Notes: generated by a model from the letters alone, not told the origin. Positions 1 to 9,681 are shown, counted from the first letter of the stretch. The stretch is 64,000 nt of DNA from Candidatus Saccharimonadota bacterium (GCA_016191105.1 JACPPH010000006.1:32670-96669); one strand, 5' to 3'. Numbers and translations: made by a program.

Positions 1-21
1 ACCCTAAGCGCCGCCAACTTC

Positions 22-879
22 TTGGAGCAGGTAGAGTTAGAGGTCGAGTCGGGCATAGATAAGCAACAAAACAGCGAGCCCAAAAGCATTTTAGGTGAGG
101 CTGCTACGGCGGTGATAAGTAAGCTTTGGTCAAAAAACCTAATCCAACTCACCAGCCTGTATCCGACGATTCAAAAATTGGCTAGTCAGAAGTCGATTGT
201 TTTGTGGTCGCGCGATCAGAATTTACAGCAACAAGTTCTGCAGAGTCAAGTTGGCGGCGAAGTCAAACCGGCTGACTATGATTATCTGTTTATTGCCGAA
301 CAAAATAGTGTGGCCAATAAAAGCACGCCATATATACAGCAAAAAGTGGTTAAAAAGATAAAGATAGGCGAAGACGGCAAGGCTGTTGTAGATGTCACAA
401 TAACCCGACAGCATACATCGGACTATGCTGGTAATTTTTACAATCCCTGGGGTAAGTTCAATATGTTTTTGATTGGCGAAAATAAGTCTGTCATAAAAAT
501 GGTCTTGCCTCAACAGGTAAAGCTTTTTGGCTTGTCCAATAATTTACGTATTCAATCTGATAGTGAAGCGGACCTTCAGTTTTATCAGTTCGTATCTGAT
601 CTACTACCTCTTACTCGTGAAACCTACACCTTTAGTTATCAACTGCCGTTCAAATATCAGATGGGCGACAACCTAGATGTGGTGAGCCAGGTTCAAAAAC
701 AAATTGGTCGGGCAGCCTACGATTTTGAACTTCAGATTATAGCGCCACCACCATACCGCCTGGCGGCTGCCAGTGTTAACAAGCTAAGCTATAAAAGCGA
801 TGGCAACAACCTGGTTGTTGACTATGCTACTGCCATCGATACTGATAAAATAATCTCACTTAAATATGCCAAAAACTAA
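22..879 (+). CDS. Hypothetical protein (TTG start in the ORF track; frame is open back to position 1, so it may be 5'-truncated by the window edge)
   Basis: 285-aa ORF with protein-like composition. Its stop overlaps the start of the next ABC ATPase gene by 14 bp, suggesting an operon. No recognisable motifs. Confidence 0.45.
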   Translation: MEQVELEVESGIDKQQNSEPKSILGEAATAVISKLWSKNLIQLTSLYPTIQKLASQKSIVLWSRDQNLQQQVLQSQVGGEVKPADYDYLFIAEQNSVANKSTPYIQQKVVKKIKIGEDGKAVVDVTITRQHTSDYAGNFYNPWGKFNMFLIGENKSVIKMVLPQQVKLFGLSNNLRIQSDSEADLQFYQFVSDLLPLTRETYTFSYQLPFKYQMGDNLDVVSQVQKQIGRAAYDFELQIIAPPPYRLAAASVNKLSYKSDGNNLVVDYATAIDTDKIISLKYAKN

Positions 880-1564
880 TCAGCAAGTTGTTTATATAAA
901 AGGGCTAGGCAAGCGCTACGATGATGACGCCGGAGTATTAGATGCTCTAAAAGGTGTTGACCTACAGATTAATAGTGGCGATTTTTTGGCTATTATGGGG
1001 CCCTCGGGTTCAGGCAAATCCACGCTCATGAATATTCTCGGCCTTCTAGATCGGCCAACTTCGGGGGTATTTTTGCTAGACGATGTTGATACGGCCACCT
1101 TAAGTGATAAAAACTTGGCAATGCTCAGACGAGACCGAGTGGGTTTTATATTCCAGAACTTTAACTTGCTACCAAGGCTGAATGTAGCTCAAAACGTTGA
1201 GCTACCCATGATCTACCAAAAAATAAGGACAAGAGAGCGCAGTAAGCGGGTAATTGAGGCGCTGAACAAGGTTGGGCTGGGCGATAAGGCCAAGAACAAG
1301 TCTAATCGCTTAAGCGGCGGTCAGGTGCAACGTGTGGCTATAGCCAGGGCTCTAGTAAATAAACCAAGTCTAATTTTGGCCGACGAGCCAACCGGCAATC
1401 TGGATACTAAAACCGGCGAAGAAATCCTGAAATTACTTGTTAAGCTCAATCAGCAAGGGGTAACAATTGTTATTGTGACCCACAACCCTGAGGTAAGCCA
1501 GTTTGCTAGCCGAACGGTACTCGTGCGCGACGGTCAGGTCGCCGAAAAAAGGAAGTCACTATGA
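866..1564 (+). CDS. ABC transporter ATP-binding protein, MacB/LolD-like
   Basis: Walker [13 protein letters not shown] signature [15 protein letters not shown], Walker [13 protein letters not shown]-loop VTHN. Confidence 0.9.
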   Translation: MPKTNQQVVYIKGLGKRYDDDAGVLDALKGVDLQINSGDFLAIMGPSGSGKSTLMNILGLLDRPTSGVFLLDDVDTATLSDKNLAMLRRDRVGFIFQNFNLLPRLNVAQNVELPMIYQKIRTRERSKRVIEALNKVGLGDKAKNKSNRLSGGQVQRVAIARALVNKPSLILADEPTGNLDTKTGEEILKLLVKLNQQGVTIVIVTHNPEVSQFASRTVLVRDGQVAEKRKSL

Positions 1565-2805
1565 TTTGGCAGAACATCAAGATGGCCTTGGTAAGTATTA
1601 AATCGGCCAAGCTCCGATCATTTCTAACCATGCTTGGAGTGATTATTGGTGTCTTTGCAGTTCTTACCATGATCGGAATTGGCGATGGCGTTAAAGCTCA
1701 GGTGACCGGCCAGGTTACAAGTTTGGGTACCAACCTACTTACTGTTACTTCAGGCCAGATTGGCCAAAACGCCTCAACGGCCAAGAATGGCCAGCAGCAA
1801 AAAGGCGGTGGCCTTGGTTTCTCGAGCAGCCTAGGTAGCTCAACCTTGACTGAAAAAGACGTTCGGACCATCCAAAATACTACAAATGTTGTAAATGTTG
1901 CACCAGTCTCTATCGTGTCTTCGATAGTTACCCAGGGGGAGCTATCAAGCTCAACGCCAATTATTAGCGGGACAAGTGCAAACTATGGCTCTATTCGTAG
2001 TCTTAAGTATTCTGCCGGCGGATTTTTTAGTGATCAAGATAATAGTTCAGCTGCCAAAGTCGCTGTTATTGGTGCCGACACCAAGCAAAATCTGTTTGGT
2101 GAGGCCGATGCTATGGGCAAAACAATTGGTGTTCGAGGCCAGCAATTTATAGTAACTGGGGTGCTGCAAAAGAGCGATGCTGGTAGTTCGCTTGGCCCAA
2201 ATCTAGATGATGTGGTTGATATTCCGATCAATACAGCCAATCAAATTACCGATTCTAACCAAATAAGTAGAATCTTGGTTGAGGTAAACGACCCTAAGAA
2301 TATTGATTCTACTCAGGCTGCAATTACTCAGGAGCTTAAGAGCAACCACGGTGGCCAACAAGACTTTAGCGTGCTTACCCAGAAGGATCTGCTTTCGACA
2401 TTCAACTCCATATTAGATATACTAACCACCTTTGTGGTGGCTATAGCTTCGATCAGCTTGCTAGTCGGTGGTATCGGAATTATGAATATTATGCTAGTGT
2501 CTGTGACCGAGCGAACCCGTGAGATTGGCATTCGCAAAGCCATTGGTGCCACCAGCGGTAATATACTAAGTCAATTCTTAATAGAGGCAGTAATAATCTC
2601 GATATTGGGCGGTCTGTTGGGCCTAGGCCTGAGTTACTTAGCCGGCAGAGTTGTGCAAAAGGTGGCCAACATTACACCAGTCTTTAGCTTTAAAGCGCTG
2701 CTGCTGGCACTCGGTGTGAGTTTGGCGGTCGGCGTGGTGTTCGGAGTAGCTCCGGCCGTCAAAGCCGCCCGCAAGCGGCCCATACAGGCCCTAAAGGCAC
2801 TGTAG
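1561..2805 (+). CDS. ABC transporter permease, MacB/FtsX family
   Basis: N-terminal transmembrane helix, a large periplasmic domain, then a C-terminal FtsX-like domain with 3 transmembrane helices. 4-bp overlap with the upstream ATPase gene. Confidence 0.85.
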   Translation: MIWQNIKMALVSIKSAKLRSFLTMLGVIIGVFAVLTMIGIGDGVKAQVTGQVTSLGTNLLTVTSGQIGQNASTAKNGQQQKGGGLGFSSSLGSSTLTEKDVRTIQNTTNVVNVAPVSIVSSIVTQGELSSSTPIISGTSANYGSIRSLKYSAGGFFSDQDNSSAAKVAVIGADTKQNLFGEADAMGKTIGVRGQQFIVTGVLQKSDAGSSLGPNLDDVVDIPINTANQITDSNQISRILVEVNDPKNIDSTQAAITQELKSNHGGQQDFSVLTQKDLLSTFNSILDILTTFVVAIASISLLVGGIGIMNIMLVSVTERTREIGIRKAIGATSGNILSQFLIEAVIISILGGLLGLGLSYLAGRVVQKVANITPVFSFKALLLALGVSLAVGVVFGVAPAVKAARKRPIQALKAL

Positions 2806-2807
2806 CT

Positions 2808-3491
2808 ATGAGCGATGTGAGAATTGGCAAAGGAAAACTGGCGGGCAAGGGGGTGTATGCAGCACGCGACTTTAAGAAAGGCGAGCTCATCAAATACTGG
2901 AACCTAAAAGCTTTAACACAAGCCGAATTTGATGCACTACAAAAGAGTGAACATATGTTTGTGCATTCCTTTTGGGGAAAGATGTATCTATTCCCAGTAC
3001 CATCACGCTACACCAACCATTCTGCTAATCCTACCGCAGTGTCAGACTTTGAAAAACAGTGCGATTACGCCGTTCGGGATATAAAAAAGGGCGAGATGAT
3101 AACTATCAATGCCACCGAAGAGGTTAAATACGAATTAGAAACTTTTATGCAGGCTTATGAAAAAGCAGCAAACAGCCGTAATTTTAGTAAAGTTTCTCCA
3201 ATGATCGCAGACAATGCGGTCTTCATTTTCACTAATGGTACTTTTGAAGGAAAACCCGCAATCCAAAAAGCTTTTGAGGACACCTGGGATAAGATAAAGA
3301 ACGAAAAGTATTCGGTATCTAGCGTTATTTGGCTAAAGAATGGGTATAGAAATGCAATTTGCGAGTATCTGTTCGTTTCTGACGGTATAGTGAACGGCAA
3401 ACACCGTGCTTACAAAGGTCGTGGTAGAAGTGAACTCAAACGAATTAATGGCAACTGGCGGATTACCAAGGAACACTTAATAAAAAGCTAA
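2808..3491 (+). CDS. SET-domain protein fused to a C-terminal NTF2/SnoaL-like (DUF4440-like) domain
   Basis: GKGVYAARDFKKGELI (GxG motif), YTNHSANPTA (NHSCxPN-like motif), IKKGEMITINATEE (ELxFDY-like motif). The C-terminal ~110 aa has an NTF2-like pattern. Confidence 0.55.
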   Translation: MSDVRIGKGKLAGKGVYAARDFKKGELIKYWNLKALTQAEFDALQKSEHMFVHSFWGKMYLFPVPSRYTNHSANPTAVSDFEKQCDYAVRDIKKGEMITINATEEVKYELETFMQAYEKAANSRNFSKVSPMIADNAVFIFTNGTFEGKPAIQKAFEDTWDKIKNEKYSVSSVIWLKNGYRNAICEYLFVSDGIVNGKHRAYKGRGRSELKRINGNWRITKEHLIKS

Positions 3492-3492
3492 C

Positions 3493-3530
3493 CAAAAAAG
3501 ACTCCAAATTAGGGTCTTTTTTGGTTTGAA
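3493..3530. terminator. Bidirectional hairpin terminator between two convergent genes
   Basis: aaaagactccaaattagggtcttttttgg: a stem of agactc/gggtct with T/A runs on both sides. Confidence 0.5.
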
Positions 3531-3535
3531 ATAGG

Positions 3536-3877
3536 TTATTTTGTAGCTTTTACAACAGCTTCGAAAGCTTTGGGTTGAGTGGCCGCTAGTTCTGCTAACA
3601 TTTTGCGGTTAAGGGCAATGTTAGCTTTCTTGAGGCCATTCATTAGGGCAGAGTAGTTGGTGTTGTTGGCCACAGCGCCGGCTGAAATGCGAGTTATCCA
3701 AAGTGAACGCATATCGCGCTTAATGTTGCGGCGGTCGCGATACTGATAGCTCAAGGCCTTTAGTACAGCCTCGTTGGCCTTGCGATAGCTGGTGCGACGA
3801 TTCTTAGAATAGCCCTTAGTTAGTTTTAGGACCTTCTTGTGTCGCGCTCGGGCAGTAACGCCTCTTTTAACACGCAT
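3536..3877 (-). CDS. rplT: 50S ribosomal protein L20
   Basis: MRVKRGVTARARHKKVLKLTKGY... is a typical L20 N-terminus, and the protein is 113 aa. Confidence 0.95.
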   Translation of the reverse strand: MRVKRGVTARARHKKVLKLTKGYSKNRRTSYRKANEAVLKALSYQYRDRRNIKRDMRSLWITRISAGAVANNTNYSALMNGLKKANIALNRKMLAELAATQPKAFEAVVKATK

Positions 3878-3879
3878 AG

Positions 3880-4074
3880 CTAAACTCCCAACATAGTTTT
3901 AATGTTGCGCACATCGGCATCGGCAGCAGCATGCTCACGGGTATAGGCTCGCTTACGAGCGGCCGACTTAATGGTGAGTTTGTGAGCGCGAGTGGCTTTG
4001 CGGCGTAGGACTTTGCCGGTGCCGGTAACCTTTACGCGCTTACTCATCGTCTTGTTGGTCTTGAGTTTGGGCAT
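3880..4074 (-). CDS. rpmI: 50S ribosomal protein L35
   Basis: MPKLKTNKTMSKRVKVTGTGKVLRRKATRAHKLT. I chose the internal ATG at 4074, giving 65 aa, the typical L35 size. Confidence 0.9.
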   Translation of the reverse strand: MPKLKTNKTMSKRVKVTGTGKVLRRKATRAHKLTIKSAARKRAYTREHAAADADVRNIKTMLGV

Positions 4075-4615
4075 TACTTTTCTCGTTAATTTTCTTTGAC
4101 TTGTAGGCTTTGCTTTGACCGACCACGATTGACATATCACGGCCAGTCATGCTGGCTTCTTGCTCAATGCTGGCGATATCGCTTAAACCTTCAAAAAACT
4201 TTATTAATACCTGTTTGCCAAGGTCTTGGTGGGTCATCTCCCGACCCTTAAAGCGGGCGGTGATCTTGACCTTGTTGCCGGCCTCTAAAAACTTGCGAGC
4301 GGCGCGCCGCTTAACCTCAATGTCGTGATCGCCAATCTTGAGCCCCATACGAACTTGCTTAACCTCGATGGTCTTTTGCTTCTTGCGGCTTTTGGCCTCG
4401 TGCTTAGCTTGTTCGTATTGATATTTGCCCCAGTCAATTAGCTTGGCTACGGGCGGCTCGGCGGCGGGCGAGACTTCGGCCAGGTCGTAGCCTTGGCTTT
4501 CAGCCTGCTCTAGTGCTTGTTTGAGGCTCATAACACCGATCTGCTTAGAATCGACCCCTAGTAATCTTACGGTGGGGGCTTTGATCTCGTGATTTAAGCG
4601 AATACGGTTTTTTAT
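4040..4615 (-). CDS. infC: Translation initiation factor IF-3. The start codon is probably non-AUG (AUU/AUA near 4615). The ORF stays open to 4711.
   Basis: Strong similarity to IF-3 over the N- and C-domains (…EVSPAAEPPVAKLIDWGKYQYE…KVKITARFKGREMTHQ…). Standard infC-rpmI-rplT gene order. The acidic C-terminal tail overlaps the rpmI start. Confidence 0.85.
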   Translation of the reverse strand: MKNRIRLNHEIKAPTVRLLGVDSKQIGVMSLKQALEQAESQGYDLAEVSPAAEPPVAKLIDWGKYQYEQAKHEAKSRKKQKTIEVKQVRMGLKIGDHDIEVKRRAARKFLEAGNKVKITARFKGREMTHQDLGKQVLIKFFEGLSDIASIEQEASMTGRDMSIVVGQSKAYKSKKINEKSNAQTQDQQDDE

Positions 4616-4691
4616 GAGTGGTTTCTCCTTAAGCTCAGACCCAATGATAGCATGCCAAGTCTTATAAATCAAGGCCTTTATAAGGAGTGGG

Positions 4692-5495
4692 CTAGAATTG
4701 ATTACGTTCACGCAAACTAAGCTTTTTGACTATCAAACGGATTGGTTTTTTGGCTGGCTCTACATGCAGGGGCGAAGTAAATTCCATACCGTCTTGATCT
4801 GTTATCTTTGCGCCAGGCGAACTGAGCTCGAGCTTGGCGGCATGTATTCTAAATAGTAAGTTTTGGGTTGGCTCCTCGCTGTTATTTTTGAATTTGTGTC
4901 CAAACAAAAGGGCATCGCTGGGTTCTTTGGAGTGCCCGGATGGCCCAAACGCCGTAATCCCGATAGGTGTGGATTGTTGAAATTCATCGCCCGACAAGTT
5001 GCGCAACCTTAATCTCTGAACTGGACCATTAAGCTCGAGCTTATCTAATTGGCAGCTTACGTCGGCTCGATTACTACTTTTTATGGTGAATATCTTTTCA
5101 AACAATACTACGCCACCGTTGAATTTTAATAGCTGGCGAGGCTCAATCCGCCTTGATCTAGTCGATGTTACAGCCTCTTGCCAAGTTTTGATTTTCAGCG
5201 CCACCGCTAAACGACTATTGGCCGGCTCGATTGGTATATAGCCGTAAGCTGTCTCCGGCGGCAGAAAGCCACTAATGCTTAATAAACTTTCGAATGTTGT
5301 ATCGTCACCGATGGCTATTAGAGTTTTACATTCAGCCGTTATATTGCCACGGAATTTAGGATTAGTTATTTGCTTGGTCGACGAAACAGACAGCTGTTTG
5401 CCCTCAATGCCACCAGAGCTAAGCTTGGCTATGATTTGAGCGAGTAATTCGTGTTGGGCGTCGCCCTTGGGTTCCTGGGCAATATAGCAGTACAC
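4692..5495 (-). CDS. NAD kinase / DAGK-catalytic-like protein, divergent (GGDG motif reads GDDT)
   Basis: Colinear similarity to NadK: LIAIGDDTTFESLL aligns with VVVGGDGSMLGA, and TPIGITAFGPSGHSKEPSDALLF with [20 protein letters not shown]. 267 aa. Confidence 0.4.
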   Translation of the reverse strand: MYCYIAQEPKGDAQHELLAQIIAKLSSGGIEGKQLSVSSTKQITNPKFRGNITAECKTLIAIGDDTTFESLLSISGFLPPETAYGYIPIEPANSRLAVALKIKTWQEAVTSTRSRRIEPRQLLKFNGGVVLFEKIFTIKSSNRADVSCQLDKLELNGPVQRLRLRNLSGDEFQQSTPIGITAFGPSGHSKEPSDALLFGHKFKNNSEEPTQNLLFRIHAAKLELSSPGAKITDQDGMEFTSPLHVEPAKKPIRLIVKKLSLRERNQF

Positions 5496-5851
5496 TAACG
5501 CACCACCCGAACCATGCCGCTAACTAGGGCGTTTTTGTCGACCACCAGGGTAGAGCTTTGTAGTTCAGCCTGCACCTCGGCACTATTATGTACGGCAATC
5601 TCTTCTTTGGCGTAAGCCTTGCCCTGTAAGAACCCATCGATAATGATGGCTCTAGCGTTAATTTCGGCTTTGGCCCGACCGTTCTTGCCAATTTCTAACA
5701 GGCCAGATGAATTTATACTGCCACTAAAACTGCCGTCAATATGTACATCGGAGTTGGTATCAATGGCACCATGGCTCCTAACTCCAGCTGCAATCAGCAC
5801 GTCGTTTTCGGACTGAAGGGGGGTGAGGGAGCGCTTTTTGCGGAACAACAT
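5495..5851 (-). CDS. Bactofilin-family protein
   Basis: 118 aa with a repetitive beta-helical G/V/I pattern (VHIDGSFSGSINSSGLLEIGKNGRAKAEINARAIIIDG). Confidence 0.6.
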   Translation of the reverse strand: MLFRKKRSLTPLQSENDVLIAAGVRSHGAIDTNSDVHIDGSFSGSINSSGLLEIGKNGRAKAEINARAIIIDGFLQGKAYAKEEIAVHNSAEVQAELQSSTLVVDKNALVSGMVRVVR

Positions 5852-5862
5852 TTTTATAACCG

Positions 5863-6318
5863 CTATTTTTGTAGCGCCGTAGTTAGAGCTTGCTTTTCTT
5901 CGCCTGACAGGTTACTTTTGCTGGTACCCTGGTGGATTTGCTTAGCATATACACGAGTTGTGTTGCGAGAGTGTACACCGGTTAGAACCACACCGTCATG
6001 ATTACGATCTAGCAATGCTAAGGCAAAACTTTGATCGCCACCAGTATCGCCAAAAGGGTTGAATCGAATTAAGCCAAAGTTAGAAATGGCAAACTTTTGG
6101 TTTTTGTGCAACTTGGCGCAAAAAACCGCGAGCTCTTCGAGCTTTTGGTGGGCGTCTGTCACGGCTTTTGAGTAATTTTTTACCATTTCTTCAATCTGCT
6201 TTGCCTCGGCTCCCTTTAAAAACTGCCCGTATTTTTGTTGCAACTGCCACAATTGCCAGTAAGTAAAGCCCAATCCGCCTATCAACAAGATAATCAATAT
6301 CGTTACGAACCACTCCAT
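5863..6318 (-). CDS. Membrane-anchored hypothetical protein (DUF4446-like)
   Basis: N-terminal transmembrane helix (FVTILIILLIGGLGF) followed by a coiled region. 151 aa. Confidence 0.4.
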   Translation of the reverse strand: MEWFVTILIILLIGGLGFTYWQLWQLQQKYGQFLKGAEAKQIEEMVKNYSKAVTDAHQKLEELAVFCAKLHKNQKFAISNFGLIRFNPFGDTGGDQSFALALLDRNHDGVVLTGVHSRNTTRVYAKQIHQGTSKSNLSGEEKQALTTALQK

Positions 6319-6411
6319 GGCACCCCCTAATTTATATCCGTATTATACTTACTACTAAGCTTGCTTGGCAACAAGATCCAACAATAGTATGATAGCCCCA
6401 AAGGAGAAACT

Positions 6412-6756
6412 ATGGCTAAGAAAAAGAAGCATCGTAAAAAGTCAAAAGGCAAAGCGGCCAAACTGCAGCAAAAAAATACCGCCCAATTAGTAGATGGGGC
6501 AAAATCAAAGCAATCTGCCAAGAAAAGCGGCGCATCTGAGCTTAGCAACAGCTCAAGGCCAAGTAGCAGATCCAAATCATCTGTAGCCCAGACTAAACCA
6601 ACAGTAGAAACCATCGGGCTAAACCAAGATGTTAAAGCCGACGTTAGGCTCAGCCTATCTCTTATAGGGGTTATAGTAGCAGCCTATACAGTATTGTGGT
6701 TAATCTTACAATATTCTAGCTTTGGTAAATTCATATATCAAATTATAAAGCTGTAA
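6412..6756 (+). CDS. Small lysine-rich protein with a C-terminal transmembrane helix
   Basis: Strong ribosome-binding site (aaaggagaaactATG), a basic N-terminus and a hydrophobic C-terminus (LIGVIVAAYTVLWLIL). Confidence 0.45.
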   Translation: MAKKKKHRKKSKGKAAKLQQKNTAQLVDGAKSKQSAKKSGASELSNSSRPSSRSKSSVAQTKPTVETIGLNQDVKADVRLSLSLIGVIVAAYTVLWLILQYSSFGKFIYQIIKL

Positions 6757-8253
6757 TTACACCCTGTACTGTAGGGCCTCGCTAAAGTGCTCGGACTTGA
6801 TTTGCTCCGAATCATTCATATCGGCAATCGTGCGACTAACTTTTAGAACACGTATATAGGCCCGGGCGGTTAAGTTCATGTTATTTAAGGCTTGGCGGGC
6901 GAGCAACTCTACATCTGAGTCTAGGCTACAATATTGCTTAATGTGCTTGTTGGTCATCTCGTTGTTGCTACTAAAAGGCTCATCTTGGAAGCGACTAATC
7001 TGTATCTGTCGAGCTTTCTCGACTCGACCTCTAACCGATCTGGATGGTTCTCCAGCCACTCCTGCCAGAAGTTCATCGTTTTTGAGTTTTTGAACCGGCA
7101 CTACCAGATCGATTCTATCGAGCAATGGGCCCGAGACCTTAGTCTGGTAGCGATTGATTTGGGCTAGGCTACAGGTGCAGGCAGTTGAGCTGTCACCGCT
7201 AAAACCACAAGGGCAAGGGTTTTGAGCCGCTACCATTAGAAAGCGAGCCGGAAACTTATAGCTAGCACTGGCTCTGGCAACTGTTACCTGGCCTTCTTCG
7301 AGCGGTTGACGCAGCACCTCAAGCACATGACGTGGAAATTCTGGCAGCTCGTCTAGAAACAGCAGGCCACGGTGGGCCAAGCTGATTTCGCCAGGTTTGG
7401 GTGACTGACCGCCACCTATTAGAGCAATGTTGCTGGCGGTGTGGTGCGGGCTACGAAATGGGCGAGCGGTAATAATGTTGTCGGTTTGAACCCCAGCTAA
7501 GCTGTGAATGCTGGTGATCTCGAGCATTTCCTCGTAGCTAGGTGCTGGCAATATGCCAGCCAGGGCCTTGGCTAGTAAGGTCTTGCCGCTCCCAGGTGGG
7601 CCACTAAGCAAAATGTTGTGATTACCGCTGGCGGCTATTTCGACCGCTCGTTTAGCCTGAGCCTGGCCATAGATATTGCTCATATCGACTTCGCTTTCGT
7701 GGATTTTGCCAGATATGCCTTTGTGTCGTAAGGGGATAATTGCTTTCTCACCAATCAGGTGTTGGTAGAGTTGGCCAATGTCTTTTACAGGGTAGATGGT
7801 GATATCTTTAACCAGTGCAGCTTGCTCGGCAATCTCGGCTGCTATGTATAGCTCGCTAAGGCCACTCATTTTGGCGGCTTGGGCGGTGGCTAGGGCCCCG
7901 TTTACAGTTCTGGTAGAACCATCGAGAGCCAGTTCGCCATAAAAAGCCGAGGCTGGGCTAATGTGCTTAATTTGACCACTACTAGCTAGCAGGCTAACGG
8001 CAATAGCCAAGTCAAAACCGCTTCCGTTCTTGGGTAGATCGGCTGGCGCTAGATTAACTGTGATTCGCCGAGGAGGCAGGTGGAGATTGGCGTTCTTGAG
8101 TGCGCTCCTGACTCTTTCTTTGGCCTCGTCGACGGCTTTGTTGGCTAGACCCACGACTATGAAGGCTGGCAAGCCGTTATAAATGTCGGTTTCGACCTCA
8201 ATGTGGTAGCTTGTAAGCCCAAAGTGGGCGATTGTATTAACTTTTGTTAGCAT
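6757..8253 (-). CDS. comM: YifB/ComM-family Mg-chelatase-like AAA+ ATPase
   Basis: Walker A GPPGSGKTLLAKALAGILP, ChlI-like arginine finger region and a C-terminal domain. 498 aa. Confidence 0.9.
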   Translation of the reverse strand: MLTKVNTIAHFGLTSYHIEVETDIYNGLPAFIVVGLANKAVDEAKERVRSALKNANLHLPPRRITVNLAPADLPKNGSGFDLAIAVSLLASSGQIKHISPASAFYGELALDGSTRTVNGALATAQAAKMSGLSELYIAAEIAEQAALVKDITIYPVKDIGQLYQHLIGEKAIIPLRHKGISGKIHESEVDMSNIYGQAQAKRAVEIAASGNHNILLSGPPGSGKTLLAKALAGILPAPSYEEMLEITSIHSLAGVQTDNIITARPFRSPHHTASNIALIGGGQSPKPGEISLAHRGLLFLDELPEFPRHVLEVLRQPLEEGQVTVARASASYKFPARFLMVAAQNPCPCGFSGDSSTACTCSLAQINRYQTKVSGPLLDRIDLVVPVQKLKNDELLAGVAGEPSRSVRGRVEKARQIQISRFQDEPFSSNNEMTNKHIKQYCSLDSDVELLARQALNNMNLTARAYIRVLKVSRTIADMNDSEQIKSEHFSEALQYRV

Positions 8254-8467
8254 TTGAACCCCTTATAGGACGTTAACCTTGGACGAACTGCTGTGTTGCC
8301 TAGCTGTGCTACGGCTTCGCTGTAGGTTTACTACAACTCAGTCCGTTGCTCGCTAGCGCTTTGCACTTCATTCCAATTTTAACGTCCAAGTTTTGTTAGT
8401 CTTAAACCGAGGATATACAAACAAAATACGAACGTCAAGCATGGGCGACTTACTTTTTTGGTTATGA

Positions 8468-8500
8468 ACGAAAAAACCCCACCAGGGGTTTTTTCGACCC
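8468..8500. terminator. Rho-independent terminator downstream of the DAHP synthase gene (also reads as a terminator on the other strand)
   Basis: gaaaaaaccccaccaggggttttttcg. Confidence 0.6.
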
Positions 8501-8529
8501 AGTAGGGTTGCTAGGCAGCCACCCTTGCT

Positions 8530-9576
8530 TTAGCTGCTGAGTTGCTCGTAAGTGTATTCGATCATTTGCTCGGTTGTGCTCCAGTCCATGCAGGCGTCGG
8601 TAACCGAGAGTCCGTACTTGAGCTTAGTTCGGTCAACGGGTAGCTGGATAGGCTGTTTTCCAGCCTCAATGAAGCTTTCGACCATCAGACCCATCACATA
8701 CTCACGAGTCCCCGGTAGAGAGTCCACGACTTCCCGCCAAACAGCCTCTTGCCTCACAGGATCACCGCCGCTTTGGGCGTGGCTGCAGTCGATCATTACC
8801 AGATCGATCAAATTTTCCTTGCGAAGGAGTGACGAGGCGCTGCGAACACTCTTGGGGCTGTAGTTCGGGCCGTTTTTGCCACCTCTGAGGATCATGAAGG
8901 TGTCGGGATTGCCGGAGGTGTGATGAACCGCGCTACGACCATCGCGATCCGGGCCGAAGAGGCTGTTGGAATCTTGAGTGGCGATCATGGCATCGACGGC
9001 CATCTCGATGTTGCCCGAGGTGCCGTTCTTGAAGCCCGGTGGCATTGATAGTCCGCTGGCCAGTGCTCTAGCTAGAGGACTCTCGGTGCTTCTAGCGCCA
9101 ATGGCCGCTACTGACAGCAGATCACCAATGTATTGCGGGGTAACGGGATCAATCAGCTCAGAGCAGGTGGGCACACCCAGCGAGTTGATTTCCAGCAACA
9201 GACTGCGTGCTTGTCGCAAGCCCTCTTGGCCATCGTTCGAGCCGTCCATGTGCGGATCAACGATCAGCCCACGCCAACCCTTGCGAGTTCGGGGCTTCTC
9301 GAAGTAGACCCGCATGATGATCACCAGCCGGTCACCGAAACGTTTTATTAATGGCGCCAGACGTTTGGCGTAGTCCATGGCCGCCTCGATGTCGTGGATG
9401 GAGCACGGACCTACTATAAGCACTAGCCGATGATCCTGACGGTACATGATCCGCCGGAATGCCTGGCGAGCTGCTTCGACGGTTTCGGCCGCTGCGTCGG
9501 TCATCGGAAGTTCGATTGCCATCTGATTGGCGCTAATGAGTGGGGTGGTTTCTTTGATACGTAGATCGTAAAGCAT
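8530..9576 (-). CDS. aroG: 3-deoxy-7-phosphoheptulonate (DAHP) synthase, class I (AroG/F/H type)
   Basis: LVLIVGPCSIHD is the AroG signature. There is end-to-end similarity to class I-alpha DAHP synthases. I chose the internal ATG at 9576. Confidence 0.85.
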   Translation of the reverse strand: MLYDLRIKETTPLISANQMAIELPMTDAAAETVEAARQAFRRIMYRQDHRLVLIVGPCSIHDIEAAMDYAKRLAPLIKRFGDRLVIIMRVYFEKPRTRKGWRGLIVDPHMDGSNDGQEGLRQARSLLLEINSLGVPTCSELIDPVTPQYIGDLLSVAAIGARSTESPLARALASGLSMPPGFKNGTSGNIEMAVDAMIATQDSNSLFGPDRDGRSAVHHTSGNPDTFMILRGGKNGPNYSPKSVRSASSLLRKENLIDLVMIDCSHAQSGGDPVRQEAVWREVVDSLPGTREYVMGLMVESFIEAGKQPIQLPVDRTKLKYGLSVTDACMDWSTTEQMIEYTYEQLSS

Positions 9577-9681
9577 ATTGCTCTCCCTGTCGATTTGTGG
9601 GTGCGGTGGAAAGATCTTGGCAATTATGCTACTTTTGGCTAAAAAATGCAAGCATATGGAGGGGTTAAAATGACAATTGGA

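Noticed and set aside
6327-6614. 95-aa minus-strand ORF
   Set aside because: It overlaps the plus-strand 6412-6756 gene, which has a strong ribosome-binding site. Its composition is hydrophobic junk.
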